Assembly: GCA_934154805.1 (NCBI GenBank)
Contig: CAKPGM010000005.1
Span: forward strand, 9,188 to 73,187
Direction: 5' to 3'
Origin: an uncultured Clostridia bacterium
GTDB taxonomy: Bacteria > Bacillota > Clostridia > TANB77 > CAG-508
DNA: 64,000 nt
The notes under the pieces are model-generated. The model was given only the letters and a program-made list of their open reading frames with translations. It ran no database searches and was not told the DNA's origin. Below are positions 1-10,493 of this stretch, in pieces. Positions within the stretch are counted from its first letter, which is position 1; each line of letters begins with the position of its first letter. The position numbers and the translations under genes are program-made.

Positions 1-480
1 ATATGCTAATTCTCCATTAACACATTTTTCTTCCAATTCTTTAGTCCAATATTGTATTTCAACTATTGGGAAGATTGTTCCACTTGCCAAACCACTATTT
101 TCAGCATATTTTTTGTCCATATCTACAATTTGATGTGTTCCATCATATTTTTCTTTGCCATCTGTTCCATGTTGTCTTGTTTCAAGAATAACAAATATTT
201 TAGAAATTTCGTCCCTTATACTTTGAGCATCATTTCCATCTTTGGCCACTATTCTTATTCCAAAACAATCATCAGGAACTTTTTTTAAATCATTTTCATA
301 GGCAGATTTAAAACTTTTTAATCTACCTGATATATGAACGTCCTCATCGATTAAACCACTTTGTGTCATCTTCTCTATTACATAGCCTACCATTTTCGCT
401 ATGATTTCATAACCTTCTCTTTGGTCTTCAATATACTTTTTATAGCATTGCTCTTTTTTTTCTTTTTCCTGCAAATTCAT
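1..480 (-). CDS. RelA/SpoT-domain protein (small alarmone synthetase-like), truncated by the window edge
   Basis: Own minus-strand translation from the ATG at 480: MNLQEKEKKEQCYKKY...GRLKSFKSAYEN...CFGIRIV...YDGTHQIV...FPIVEIQYWT. The motif order matches RelA_SpoT nucleotidyltransferase domains. It is absent from the ORF track because no stop falls inside the window. Confidence 0.6.
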   Translation of the reverse strand, partial: MNLQEKEKKEQCYKKYIEDQREGYEIIAKMVGYVIEKMTQSGLIDEDVHISGRLKSFKSAYENDLKKVPDDCFGIRIVAKDGNDAQSIRDEISKIFVILETRQHGTDGKEKYDGTHQIVDMDKKYAENSGLASGTIFPIVEIQYWTKELEEKCVNGELAY

Positions 481-639
481 CCCTACTTTCTTTGCCGTTC
501 TATATCATATCATATATATAATAATTTTTCAAGTCCTATTTATTATATGCTACTATTTTCACCAAAATTCCTATTTCACAGCATAAGAGACCTATTTTCA
601 TAGGTCTCCACTTCTATTATGCACTTTATGTGCTTTTTC

Positions 640-924
640 TTATTCAGCTGGTGTTTCAGAAACTGGTTCTGGATCTTCAGCTTTATCATAAGCTTCTAAT
701 ATAGCATCTTTAATCTTATCTCTTGTAGCTTGATTAATAGGATGAGCTATATCATTAAACTTTCCATTTCTTTCTTTTCTAGGCATAGCTATGAATAAAC
801 CGTTTTTGCCATCTATAACTTTGATTTCATGAACAACAAATTCATTGTCAAATGTTACTTGAGCAACAGCTTTCATTTTATTTCCTGAATTTACTTTTTT
901 AATACGTACTTCTGTGACTTCCAT
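640..924 (-). CDS. spoVG: Septation protein SpoVG
   Basis: [50 protein letters not shown] is the classic SpoVG N-terminus. Start moved to the second ATG (M7 of the track ORF). Confidence 0.9.
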   Translation of the reverse strand: MEVTEVRIKKVNSGNKMKAVAQVTFDNEFVVHEIKVIDGKNGLFIAMPRKERNGKFNDIAHPINQATRDKIKDAILEAYDKAEDPEPVSETPAE

Positions 925-1200
925 TTGAGCACCGCCTTCCAATGTTTTTTTATTTGTACAAAATTTTGTATGTACATATATTATTATTCTCCATTTTATT
1001 ACTTTTTCCTTCTATTTTTGCAAATTTTTTTAAATTATTAAAATGCACGTATTTATTTTCATCTGAATATATTAGAATAAAACATATATTTTTATTAATT
1101 TTACTCAATGCAAAAATAATATTTGTTTTTTATATTGAAAAACTTGTTTTTTAAGTATATAATATATTGAGTTAAATTTATGTAAAGGGGTGCTTACACG

Positions 1201-2589
1201 GTGGTTCATATTGACGAACTAAAAAAATATAAACATATACATATGTTAGGAATAGGCGGAACAAGTATGAGTGGTATTGCCACTATTTTAAAAAAATGGG
1301 GAATTTACGTTACTGGTTCTGACGCTAATCATTCTGAATTAGTAGATAAATTATTGACTGAGGGTATTCATGTTACAGTTGGTCATGATTTAGATAATTT
1401 AAGAAAAGCAGATTTAATAGTTTATAGTGCTGCTATATCTAAAGAAGATATTGAATATAAAGAAGCTGAAAAACTTAATATAGAATTAATGGAAAGGTCC
1501 ACATTTTTAGGACTTATTACAAAAGCTTTTAGAAATACTATATGTGTTTCTGGAACTCACGGAAAAACAACTACAACTTCAATGATTTCTGTTTGTTTCT
1601 TAGAAGCTCATAAAGATCCTAGTATTCAAGTGGGTGCTATTTTAAAACCTATAGGCGGAAATAACAGAGTCGGCAATAGCGATATATTTGTACTTGAATC
1701 TTGTGAATATGTTGAAAGCTTTTTAAAGTTCCATCCAAAAACAGAGGTTATTTTAAATATAGATAATGACCATTTAGATTATTTTAAAGATCTAGATCAT
1801 ATAAAAAATGCTTTTGTTAAGTTTGTAAAACTATTACCTAATGATGGCTTATTAGTTTTAAATGCTGATGACGCTAATTCAGTTGACTTATACAAGAATA
1901 CAAATGCCAAAATCGTAACATTTGGTATCAATAGTGAGAAATCTAATTTTACAGCTAAAAATATAACATTTGATAACAATGGATTTCCTCTTTTTGACGT
2001 ATACAGAAACAATTCTTTCTACAAGAGTATAAAACTTTCCGTACCTGGAATGCACAATGTTTACAACGCTCTTGCTTGTATTGCAACTTGTTATGAATAC
2101 GGAATTGATAAAGAAACTATTAAAAATGGACTTTTAAAATATACTGGAGCTCATAGAAGATTTGAATTTGTTGGAAATAGTAATGGGGCTTCTATATATG
2201 ATGATTACGGTCATCATCCAACAGAAATTAAGGCTGTATATGATGCTATGAGAAAGAAAAAATATAATAGATCTTGGGTTGTTTTCCAACCACATACTTA
2301 TAGTAGAACTAAAAATTTGTTAAGCGATTTTGCTAATGCTTTAGTTGGGTTTGACAATATTATAATTACAGATATTTATGCTGCAAGAGAGTCTAATACT
2401 GTTGGAGTTTCGCCACAAGATTTAGTAAATCAAATTAATCTTAATAGAATTGGAAAACCTGCTATTTATATGTCTGATTTTAACGATATTGCTAAATATA
2501 TTAGAGATAGAGTTATGCCTAACGACATAGTTTTAACAATTGGTGCAGGAACAGTTACCAATATTGGTCCAATGATTATTAATAAATAA
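1201..2589 (+). CDS. murC: UDP-N-acetylmuramate--L-alanine ligase
   Basis: GIGGTSMSGIA nucleotide-binding N-terminus, GTHGKTTTTSM P-loop, 462 aa Mur ligase architecture, GTG start. Confidence 0.92.
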   Translation: MVHIDELKKYKHIHMLGIGGTSMSGIATILKKWGIYVTGSDANHSELVDKLLTEGIHVTVGHDLDNLRKADLIVYSAAISKEDIEYKEAEKLNIELMERSTFLGLITKAFRNTICVSGTHGKTTTTSMISVCFLEAHKDPSIQVGAILKPIGGNNRVGNSDIFVLESCEYVESFLKFHPKTEVILNIDNDHLDYFKDLDHIKNAFVKFVKLLPNDGLLVLNADDANSVDLYKNTNAKIVTFGINSEKSNFTAKNITFDNNGFPLFDVYRNNSFYKSIKLSVPGMHNVYNALACIATCYEYGIDKETIKNGLLKYTGAHRRFEFVGNSNGASIYDDYGHHPTEIKAVYDAMRKKKYNRSWVVFQPHTYSRTKNLLSDFANALVGFDNIIITDIYAARESNTVGVSPQDLVNQINLNRIGKPAIYMSDFNDIAKYIRDRVMPNDIVLTIGAGTVTNIGPMIINK

Positions 2590-2593
2590 AATT

Positions 2594-2627
2594 TACGCTT
2601 CCATTTAACTGGAAGCGTATTTGTTTT
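2594..2627 (+). terminator. Rho-independent terminator after murC
   Basis: Stem TACGCTTCCA / TGGAAGCGTA followed by TTTGTTTT. Confidence 0.7.
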
Positions 2628-3351
2628 AGTATAACTCGACTATTGCGTGTAGTGTTTTTTCATCTTCTGATTTTATTGTAACTATATGTTTTCCGTTTTG
2701 TTTAGTATATAAGCAAACTATCTTATCATCTGGTTTTATTTGCCTTTTATACATTATTTCTATATTATTTAATGTTTCATTCTCATATACTTCTGCTGGT
2801 AATGTTTCATATGCATAATTTAGATAATTAACATTATGAACATGTCCATTCATATCAATATCTCCTCTTAATACAGGACAATCCCTTTTTAAAATCACCG
2901 TTTCTGGTTCTGCTAACTTATCAATTTTTCTTTCTTCAAAAACAGATATATCTTCTGGTTGATAGTCTTTTTCTATTTCTGGTGTTATTTCTGCAATCTT
3001 TCCTCTCTTAACATCTATCATCGCCCACTTTGCAGTTGCTATAACTGCTAAATTTCCATCCTCATCATACATTTTGTAATCTCTATATGTAAATATTCTA
3101 TTTATATCTCTTGCCCAAGTATGTGTTTCTACTTCTGTATTATATTTAGGTCTTGATAGCACTTTAATTTTCCAAGCTAGAATTACCCAACCTTTTCCAG
3201 TTTCTTCTATGTCAGTATATCCACACTTTATAGAATCTGAATGCATTCCTCCTGCATTTTCTAATATTTTTATTATCGCTCTATTTTTTATTAGATTATT
3301 CTTATCTATGTCAGTAAAACCTATTCTATACTTACATTTATATATTGCCAT
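2626..3351 (-). CDS. Acyl-ACP thioesterase family protein
   Basis: 241 aa double hot-dog layout. Opens with YRIGFTDIDKNN and later has RGDIDMNGHVHNVNYLNY, typical of acyl-ACP thioesterases. Confidence 0.75.
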   Translation of the reverse strand: MAIYKCKYRIGFTDIDKNNLIKNRAIIKILENAGGMHSDSIKCGYTDIEETGKGWVILAWKIKVLSRPKYNTEVETHTWARDINRIFTYRDYKMYDEDGNLAVIATAKWAMIDVKRGKIAEITPEIEKDYQPEDISVFEERKIDKLAEPETVILKRDCPVLRGDIDMNGHVHNVNYLNYAYETLPAEVYENETLNNIEIMYKRQIKPDDKIVCLYTKQNGKHIVTIKSEDEKTLHAIVELY

Positions 3352-3413
3352 TTTGTTCTCCTCTTTTCGTATCTCATTTCCGCATTATATTCTATTTTTG
3401 TAATTGTGTCAAA

Positions 3414-4298
3414 TTAAAACTCTGGTACATATTCCTCTTCGTGTTTTCCTAAATCCTGCATATATCCATTTTCTATATCTAACAAATATAAATATTTTTC
3501 TATTTCTGAATATTCTTTTTTCGTTAATTTTCTATTTATCTTTTCATCTTCTTTTGCCTTATAGGTTGGAAAGTATTGTGCCATTACGCTTACATATGCC
3601 TTTGTTTCTACATTTTCTTTTAACCATTTCAAAATATGTTTTGAATTTTGAATATAGTTTGGTAATACTAGATGTCTGATTATTACTCCCTTTTTTATAA
3701 TACCATTATCATCAAATTCCGTTTTTCCAACTTGTTTTATCATTTCTAATATTGCTTTCGTTGCTACTTTAAAGTAATTTGGTGCTTTTGAGTATTTAAT
3801 AGCAAGTTCATCATAGTAATATTTCAAGTCCGGTAAATAAACATCTACAAATCCATTTAAAGCCTGTATTGTTTCCACATTTTCATAACCATTTGTATTA
3901 TATATTACTGGTAATTTAAGTCCTTTTTTCTTTGCAATTTTTAGTGCTTCTATTATTTGATATACATACATTGTTGGAGTAACTAAGTTTATATTATTTG
4001 CCCCATTTTCTTGTTGCTTTAAAAATATATCTGCCAATTCGTCTATTGTTATTTCGTAGCCTTTTCTTTCTTGGCTTATTTTATAATTCTGACAATATAT
4101 GCAATTCAAGTTACATCCTGAAAAGAATACTGTTCCTGAACCGTTCTTTCCACTTATACAAGGTTCTTCAAAATAATGTAAAGAATATAGATCTATTTTT
4201 ATTTTATCATTACATCCACATTTTCCAATTTGTCCTTTTAACCTATTTACTTTACACCTAAACGGACATATTTCACATTTTTCTAATTGTTCTAACAT
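3414..4298 (-). CDS. Radical SAM protein (PflA-like activase family)
   Basis: CNLNCIYCQNY CxxxCxxC cluster motif preceded by a Cys-rich N-terminus (CEICPFRCKVNR). Confidence 0.8.
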   Translation of the reverse strand: MLEQLEKCEICPFRCKVNRLKGQIGKCGCNDKIKIDLYSLHYFEEPCISGKNGSGTVFFSGCNLNCIYCQNYKISQERKGYEITIDELADIFLKQQENGANNINLVTPTMYVYQIIEALKIAKKKGLKLPVIYNTNGYENVETIQALNGFVDVYLPDLKYYYDELAIKYSKAPNYFKVATKAILEMIKQVGKTEFDDNGIIKKGVIIRHLVLPNYIQNSKHILKWLKENVETKAYVSVMAQYFPTYKAKEDEKINRKLTKKEYSEIEKYLYLLDIENGYMQDLGKHEEEYVPEF

Positions 4299-4540
4299 CT
4301 TCTTTCCTCTTTTCGCATATACATTTTACTATTATTTGCTTGATTTAGCAATATTTGAATGTGTATTTTATAATTTTAGTTCGCTGTCCGGCAAAATCGT
4401 GCGTCAAAGTTCGACAACAAAATGTATTTTTTCTGTTTTAGGAGAATTTAATTTCTTCAAACAATATCTATTTTTATTCTGGAGTTTCATAAAAATAAAA
4501 CTGACAACCATTAAGATTGTCATTTTTATTTATTTCATTT

Positions 4541-5749
4541 TTATGATGGTTCCACATTTCCCATATTCACTATTCCTATATATTCTTTATTGTCTTTTAC
4601 TAGTATTATTGTTTGATCCGTGTATCCTAAAGAACCTCTTTTGCTTATCTGTTTGTCATATAATACTATATCGATCATTATCGTTTCAATATATGACGTG
4701 TTATTATTTTCATCTATTCTTATTTCAGATGTCACTTCTACTTTCTCATTATTATACATAATATATGCTTCTTCAAAGTTTGTATATTCATCTGTTATCT
4801 CAAATTTTAACATAATATATACATAACCATGTGAATCCTTTTCTCCTACTATTGTATACAATGGTAAACTCTTATCTATATTGGTTACTTCTACTTCTTT
4901 TGTATATATTTTTCCTGTTAGTATGTCTTGTACCTTGAATGTATATGTACCATTCTCTGTGGCTATATATCTGTTTGAAGTTTCATTGTCTGGGTTTGTT
5001 ATAGTATAACCTTCTATCATTTTAGTAGATTCGTTATAATAAAATTCAATAAGTATTTGACCTGTAATTCCATTTATTCCAAGTTCACTTGTTTCCACTG
5101 CCGTCCAAAAAGCATCTTCGGTCGCCTCATCTATCCATTGTTGGTTCTTTACCCATTCTACCGCCTCTTGAAATGTTGTGCAATTTGCTGATGGGTCTTG
5201 TTTATTCACTACCTTTATATACCCATTTCTAATTATCTCTTTCTTCTGGTTTTCACTTAGCAAATTTATAAAATTGCTAAGTTCTTCTTCATTTTTGATT
5301 GTTGGTATTGTAAGTCCCTCTACAGATTCAACTTTTAATATAACCACTCCTGATTTTTCTGTTGCTGGTGTTTTACTGATATTTATTTTTACATTTCCAT
5401 ATTCTATTTGTTTTAATATACTTCCGTCTCTTCTTTTTATTGTTATTATTTCGTTTTCTCTATCTATCTCGTCTTCGTTTAAAAGTTTTCTTGAAAGTAA
5501 ACTTTGTAATACAGCGTTTGCATTTTCTATGCTTTCCCCTGTTTCTGATTTTATAAAATTATTCTGTTTCCATAGTCCTATTTCATCTTCTACTTGTGAT
5601 GCCCTTGTTTCTAGTCTAGATTCTTTAGATTTTCCTATGATTCCATTATTGTCTAATACTAAACTTATACTCACTCCCACTAGTATTAAAAGTACTACTA
5701 TTGTTACTACCAGTGCTATTAAAGTTATTCCTTTTTTATTTTTTAACAT
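4541..5749 (-). CDS. Prepilin-like N-terminus protein with an unknown 360-aa C-terminal domain (locus 1 cargo)
   Basis: MLKNKKG|ITLIALVVTIVVLLILVGVSISLVLDNNGII matches the class III (prepilin) signal pattern G-[FI]-T-L-I-x, with Ala replacing Glu+5. GGAGG RBS is present. Confidence 0.75.
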   Translation of the reverse strand: MLKNKKGITLIALVVTIVVLLILVGVSISLVLDNNGIIGKSKESRLETRASQVEDEIGLWKQNNFIKSETGESIENANAVLQSLLSRKLLNEDEIDRENEIITIKRRDGSILKQIEYGNVKINISKTPATEKSGVVILKVESVEGLTIPTIKNEEELSNFINLLSENQKKEIIRNGYIKVVNKQDPSANCTTFQEAVEWVKNQQWIDEATEDAFWTAVETSELGINGITGQILIEFYYNESTKMIEGYTITNPDNETSNRYIATENGTYTFKVQDILTGKIYTKEVEVTNIDKSLPLYTIVGEKDSHGYVYIMLKFEITDEYTNFEEAYIMYNNEKVEVTSEIRIDENNNTSYIETIMIDIVLYDKQISKRGSLGYTDQTIILVKDNKEYIGIVNMGNVEPS

Positions 5750-5778
5750 AATTTTTCCTCCGTTTTATATATATTTTT

Positions 5779-5951
5779 ATTAAATATGTTATTTAATAAA
5801 AATATTTAATCTTTCAAGCAATCTTAATTCTAAGTTTAGATCATTTTCGGTATTTTTTATGTTTACAATTATTTGTTTTAATCTATTGACTTTTTTCCTA
5901 CAGTTGTGCTATATATAAAATAGTTAGTTTTAATTAAATAACATATTTAAT
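5779..5951 (+). promoter_or_regulatory. Invertible promoter cassette 1, with the promoter facing away from the 4541..5749 gene (OFF)
   Basis: Perfect 19-bp inverted pair ATTAAATATGTTATTTAAT (5779-5797) / ATTAAATAACATATTTAAT (5933-5951). Internal promoter TTGACT (5886-5891), N18, TGcTATATA (5907-5915) lies on the + strand. Confidence 0.7.
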
Positions 5952-6013
5952 TAAAAAATTATTTCTTCATATGTATACTAAGCCAAAATTTTATATTTTG
6001 GTTTCTTTTTTAT

Positions 6014-6042
6014 TTGACAAAAGTCGACATTCATTGTACAAT
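6014..6042 (+). promoter_or_regulatory. Sigma-A type promoter of the 6074..6925 gene
   Basis: TTGACA (6014-6019), N17, TACAAT (6037-6042). Confidence 0.6.
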
Positions 6043-6073
6043 ATTGTCATATATTGAAAAAGGGGATAAAATA

Positions 6074-6925
6074 ATGTTTGGACACAGAAGTGATGGTAGG
6101 AAATTAAAAACTCTTCCTCCATTTTTTAGAGTAATTCCTAGCGTAATGCTAGAAAGATCAGATGCACAAGTTTATTTTAAGCAAGACATCTCTCTTAAGA
6201 CTATAGATGATTACATCGACAAAAAAGCTGCAGAAGGAACTAAATTTTCTTATATGAATATAATTTATGCAGCATTAGTTAGAATTTTAGCTGAAAGACC
6301 TCAGTTAAATAGGTTTGCTATGAATGGCACCTTATATGCTAGAAATCAAATTCTAGTTTCTCTAGCTATTAAAAAAAGTCTTTCTGACGAAGGTACTGAA
6401 ACTACTATTAAAATGCCTTTTACAGGAACTGAAAACATTTTCGAAATAAAAGAAAAACTTGATAATGTTATAGAAAATAATAAAGATACGGGTACAGTTA
6501 ATAGTACTGACCGTCTTGCAAAAGCTTTAAGTTTAGTATCTAATGGTACTTTAAGAAGAGCTATTAAATTCTTAAGTTTCTTAGATAGACATGGTATAAT
6601 GCCTAAGGCAGTAATAAATGCTAGTCCCTTTCATACTAGCTTGTTCTTAACAAATGTTGGTTCTTTAGGAATTGATAGTGTTTATCATCATTTATATAAT
6701 TTTGGAACTACTAGCTTATTTTTTGCTATGGGTAAAAAGAAAAAGAGCTTTATCTATGACGATGACGAAATACACGAAGAAAAGTGTATCACTATTGCAT
6801 TTGTTGGAGATGAAAGAATTTGTGACGGTTATTATTTTGCAAACTCATTTAAGTTACTAAGTAAATATTTAAGAAAACCCGAGTTGCTAGAAGAACACGC
6901 ACAAGTAAAAGAAGATATAAAATAA
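6074..6925 (+). CDS. 2-oxoacid dehydrogenase E2-type acyltransferase catalytic-domain protein (stand-alone)
   Basis: C-terminal GDERICDGYYFANSF aligns with the E2 DHRxxDG active-site motif. Start moved to the ATG at 6074, which has an AAAGGGG RBS. Confidence 0.55.
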   Translation: MFGHRSDGRKLKTLPPFFRVIPSVMLERSDAQVYFKQDISLKTIDDYIDKKAAEGTKFSYMNIIYAALVRILAERPQLNRFAMNGTLYARNQILVSLAIKKSLSDEGTETTIKMPFTGTENIFEIKEKLDNVIENNKDTGTVNSTDRLAKALSLVSNGTLRRAIKFLSFLDRHGIMPKAVINASPFHTSLFLTNVGSLGIDSVYHHLYNFGTTSLFFAMGKKKKSFIYDDDEIHEEKCITIAFVGDERICDGYYFANSFKLLSKYLRKPELLEEHAQVKEDIK

Positions 6926-6930
6926 TATTA

Positions 6931-6954
6931 AAACCCTGAGTTGTCTCAGGGTTT
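6931..6954. terminator. Bidirectional terminator hairpin between convergent genes
   Basis: AAACCCTGAG ttgt CTCAGGGTTT, flanked by A and T runs. Confidence 0.7.
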
Positions 6955-6963
6955 CATCATGTT

Positions 6964-8142
6964 CTATTTTAATATTTCATTTTTAAAGCTTGTTCCATTT
7001 TCTAGTTTTGGCATATTTAGTATATCTAATACTGTTGCTGATATGTCTGAAAATGTTTCTCTTATTCCTAAATTTATATTTTCTTTTATTTGTTTTCCAT
7101 AAATTAAAATTGGTATATATTCTCTATCATGGTCAGTACTTGGAGTACTTGGATCATTTCCATGGTCAGCAGTTACTATCAACATATCTGTTTCTTTCAT
7201 TTTTCCCATTATTATTGGTAGTTGCGAATCAAAATACTCTAGTGCTTGTGCATAACCTTGAATATTGTTTCTATGTCCATAAAGCATATCTGTATCAACT
7301 AAGTTTGTAAATATTAGATTTGCTTCTTCATTTTCTATTTCTTCAATTGTTTTTGCTATTCCGTCAGTATTTCCACTTGTGTGTATAGCTTTTTCTATTC
7401 CTCTACCATTGAACAAGTCTTGTATTTTTCCTATTGATATTACTCTACCATTATTTTCTGATATAACATCTAACATTGTTCTACCAAATGTTTCCGATTC
7501 AAAATCTTTTCTATTATATGTTCTTGTAAAGTTCTCTGCATTATCTCCTATAAAAGGTCTTGCTATTATTGTTCCAATATTATATTCAGGTTTATCTGCT
7601 ATTTTTCTTGCAACTCTACAAATTTCATATAGTTTTTCTACTGGTATTACATCTTCATGTGCAGCTATTTGGAACACGCTATCTGCTGATGTATAAACTA
7701 TTGGATAACCTGTTTTTACATGTTCTTCTCCATATTGTTTAAGCAATTCTGTTCCAGAACCTACTTTGTTACAAAGTATTCCTTCTAAGCCCGCTTCTTG
7801 TATAAATTCATTTATCAATTCGGCTGGAAAAGCATTTGGATATGTTTTAAATCCTGGCTTTTTAATATATCCAGATATTTCCCAATGTCCTACTGGACTG
7901 TTTTTGCCTTCTGCTTGTTCTCTTGCTTTTCCAAAAGCTCCAATAGTAGTTTCTACTTTATTTCCAACATTTACTCCATCAATATTATATAAACCTAATT
8001 TCTGCATATTTAGAATTTCTAGTTTTGCATTATTATACACTCCTGCTAATGTATTGCTTCCACAGTCTCCATATTTATCGGCATCCGGTGCTTCTCCAAC
8101 TCCAAATCCATCAAGCACCATTATAATTACTCTATTAATCAT
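6964..8142 (-). CDS. deoB: Phosphopentomutase
   Basis: VIIMVLDGFGVGEAPDA N-terminus and TADHGNDP metal-site motif, 392 aa. Confidence 0.92.
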   Translation of the reverse strand: MINRVIIMVLDGFGVGEAPDADKYGDCGSNTLAGVYNNAKLEILNMQKLGLYNIDGVNVGNKVETTIGAFGKAREQAEGKNSPVGHWEISGYIKKPGFKTYPNAFPAELINEFIQEAGLEGILCNKVGSGTELLKQYGEEHVKTGYPIVYTSADSVFQIAAHEDVIPVEKLYEICRVARKIADKPEYNIGTIIARPFIGDNAENFTRTYNRKDFESETFGRTMLDVISENNGRVISIGKIQDLFNGRGIEKAIHTSGNTDGIAKTIEEIENEEANLIFTNLVDTDMLYGHRNNIQGYAQALEYFDSQLPIIMGKMKETDMLIVTADHGNDPSTPSTDHDREYIPILIYGKQIKENINLGIRETFSDISATVLDILNMPKLENGTSFKNEILK

Positions 8143-8144
8143 AA

Positions 8145-10493
8145 TTAATTTCCTTTCTTCTTTAATGTGTATTCATATACTTTAACTTTTTTAACGAAAT
8201 TATTAAATTCATCTTTAAACATATTGATATTAAAATCTTCTTTGTCTTTTAATTCTAAGCTATATAAATCAAGATTTATTAAACATTCTTTTGATACATC
8301 CATTCCCAAAGGTAATGTTTTATTTGTATTTTCAAAAAATACTATATTAGAATATACAGCTAACTTTGTACCTTTCTCCACATTTATTTTATATAAATAT
8401 GTTTCTTTAGATGTTTCTATCTTTTCTAGTTCATCTAAAGTTTCGAATGGACTTATACTAAATTTATTAAATCCCTCAGGTAATATTTTTTCATTACTTG
8501 CCTTGTATAAAGGTAAATCATATGATATTTCTACCTTATCTTCCTCTTCTTCTAAATATGTTTTTAATTCTTTTAATTTGTTTATAAATTCTTCTAAAGT
8601 TGTTTCTAAATTCACATTTAATACTTTGAATTTATCTTTTTCTATTTCCCTATGCTTATTATTCTTTAATGTTTTTATTTTAGTTTTGTCTTCGCTAATA
8701 TTTCCAAATATATCAAAATCCTTTTTCTCTATTTTTTCTATATTCTCTTTATATTCTTCTTTTAAAGAACTTAATAATTTTTCTAAACTTTCTGTATCTT
8801 CTTTTGATAATTCATTTTTTGAAACTATGTTTATTCCGTCTAAAACAGAATTTGCAGCAAACATTGCATCTAACTGATTATGTGATAAGTTTTCTCTTTG
8901 TTTAGAATCTAAGTAGCTTGCTAAATCCTCTATATCTGTTTCATAATCAAATGTCTTCTGCAATATTCTACTCTTCTCTTCATTCTCTGTTTCAATATCT
9001 CCCTCTGCCAACATTTTAGATTCATCTTTATTTGCATATTTCCAAAAATCAAATATACTTTTCCTATGTTTATCAATTTCACCAAGATATTGTTCTGCAT
9101 TTTGTATTTTTCTGTCTATACTTTGAATAGTATTCTTCAAAGCATCTAAATCTAGATGTGCATTTTTGTTTTCTCTTTTATTATTAGCTAGTTCATTTCC
9201 TATTTTGATTATATCTTCTACTGTATAATTCTTATTTTCGAGCTCTTCTTCATTATAATGGTTACATCCTTCTTTGTCTTGTTTTAGTATTTCCTTCATT
9301 CTGTTTTTACTATATTGACTTATAATCTCATCTTCTTCTGATTGTTTTTTCTTTCCTTTAAAGAAGTATCTTATTCTTCCCATAAATGTTTTCTTTGACT
9401 CTAAGAATTGTACAATTTGTCCTTCTTTTCTTATATATTCTTGGTTTAATTCTTCTTCTTTTCTCTTTAAATCTTGAATATCTGCTTTTGTTTCTTTTGT
9501 GTCAATTACTATTTGCTCATTTTCTTTTATTTTTGATATTGCTTCTTCTTTCAAAAATTCCAATAACGAATCATATTCAATTTTTTTATTATTATAGTAG
9601 AATTCTATTCCACCCTTTTTACTTATTCCTATTTGGAATTTATATAAATTCTGTAAATCATATGACAAAATGAATAATGCCTTTATTAACTTATATACTT
9701 TTATTGCTTCTTGTTTGTCATTCAATATCATTCTATATTTACTAACCATCTTGTCATATATTCTTGCTTCTCCAACAATTTGTAAAGATACATTTCCATC
9801 TTTATCTGTTATCTCATATATTGATGGCCAATTTTTAGTAAAATACCATAAGTAATTTTCCAGATCCTCTATCTCTGATTTTTTAAGTATTTTTTCTGAA
9901 TATTCTTCATTACTTATTGGAACAAAAATAGTATTTTCTTTTTTGCTTCTGCTTTTATTCTCTTCTATTTTTCTTTTTAATAAATAAAACATTGGAGAGT
10001 TGTCTGTTTCATTTGTTGATGCTAACATAAAATATTTCTTCGCATAATCTGAGTAGAATATTTGCCATTTAAAATTATTGGCAAATTTAACATCAAATGG
10101 AATCTCTTTGTCAAACTCTTTTTGTTCTTTTTCTATGTTTTCAATATCCAACACATTGGTTTGATTTATCATTTTCAAGAAATACGCATATTTTTCTATA
10201 TCTTCGTTTGTTTCCGGTTTCATATATGTGAACAGCGGGCTAGCTAATTTATATCTTTCTGATAATTCATCTAGTCTGTCTTTTGGTGTTATTAATATCT
10301 CTATGTCTTTTATTTTTACATATTTATATATCTTGTATGTTGTTTCATCATATACTTTTGGAACTCTATAATTAAGCGGTTCAAAGTCTTTTAAAAACTC
10401 TGGGACTTTTTCTAATTCAAATCCGATATATTTTATTTTGCTATTTAATATGTTTAAATTTTCTGTATTTCCTTTTACTATTTTTCTTGGCAT
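8145..10493 (-). CDS. Large hypothetical protein with a Lys/Glu-rich coiled-coil centre
   Basis: Long uninterrupted ORF. GGAGG RBS sits before MPRKIVKG (M5 of the track ORF). Its stop abuts the deoB start. No family recognised. Confidence 0.6.
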   Translation of the reverse strand: MPRKIVKGNTENLNILNSKIKYIGFELEKVPEFLKDFEPLNYRVPKVYDETTYKIYKYVKIKDIEILITPKDRLDELSERYKLASPLFTYMKPETNEDIEKYAYFLKMINQTNVLDIENIEKEQKEFDKEIPFDVKFANNFKWQIFYSDYAKKYFMLASTNETDNSPMFYLLKRKIEENKSRSKKENTIFVPISNEEYSEKILKKSEIEDLENYLWYFTKNWPSIYEITDKDGNVSLQIVGEARIYDKMVSKYRMILNDKQEAIKVYKLIKALFILSYDLQNLYKFQIGISKKGGIEFYYNNKKIEYDSLLEFLKEEAISKIKENEQIVIDTKETKADIQDLKRKEEELNQEYIRKEGQIVQFLESKKTFMGRIRYFFKGKKKQSEEDEIISQYSKNRMKEILKQDKEGCNHYNEEELENKNYTVEDIIKIGNELANNKRENKNAHLDLDALKNTIQSIDRKIQNAEQYLGEIDKHRKSIFDFWKYANKDESKMLAEGDIETENEEKSRILQKTFDYETDIEDLASYLDSKQRENLSHNQLDAMFAANSVLDGINIVSKNELSKEDTESLEKLLSSLKEEYKENIEKIEKKDFDIFGNISEDKTKIKTLKNNKHREIEKDKFKVLNVNLETTLEEFINKLKELKTYLEEEEDKVEISYDLPLYKASNEKILPEGFNKFSISPFETLDELEKIETSKETYLYKINVEKGTKLAVYSNIVFFENTNKTLPLGMDVSKECLINLDLYSLELKDKEDFNINMFKDEFNNFVKKVKVYEYTLKKKGN

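Noticed and set aside
5178-5783. Long antisense ORFs opposite real genes (for example 5178..5783, 8167..8877, 44581..45063, 51287..51697, 59613..60044)
   Set aside because: Their translations are rich in Phe, Leu, Ile and Ser, as expected from the antisense strand of AT-rich coding sequence. The opposite strand carries recognisable proteins in every case.
5886-6074. Cassette 1 in its present orientation driving the neighbouring + strand gene 6074..6925 (a two-way toggle)
   Set aside because: An AT-rich hairpin plus T run (about 5983-6013) lies between them. The gene also has its own consensus promoter, TTGACA-N17-TACAAT, at 6014-6042. Read-through is possible but is not needed to explain its expression.
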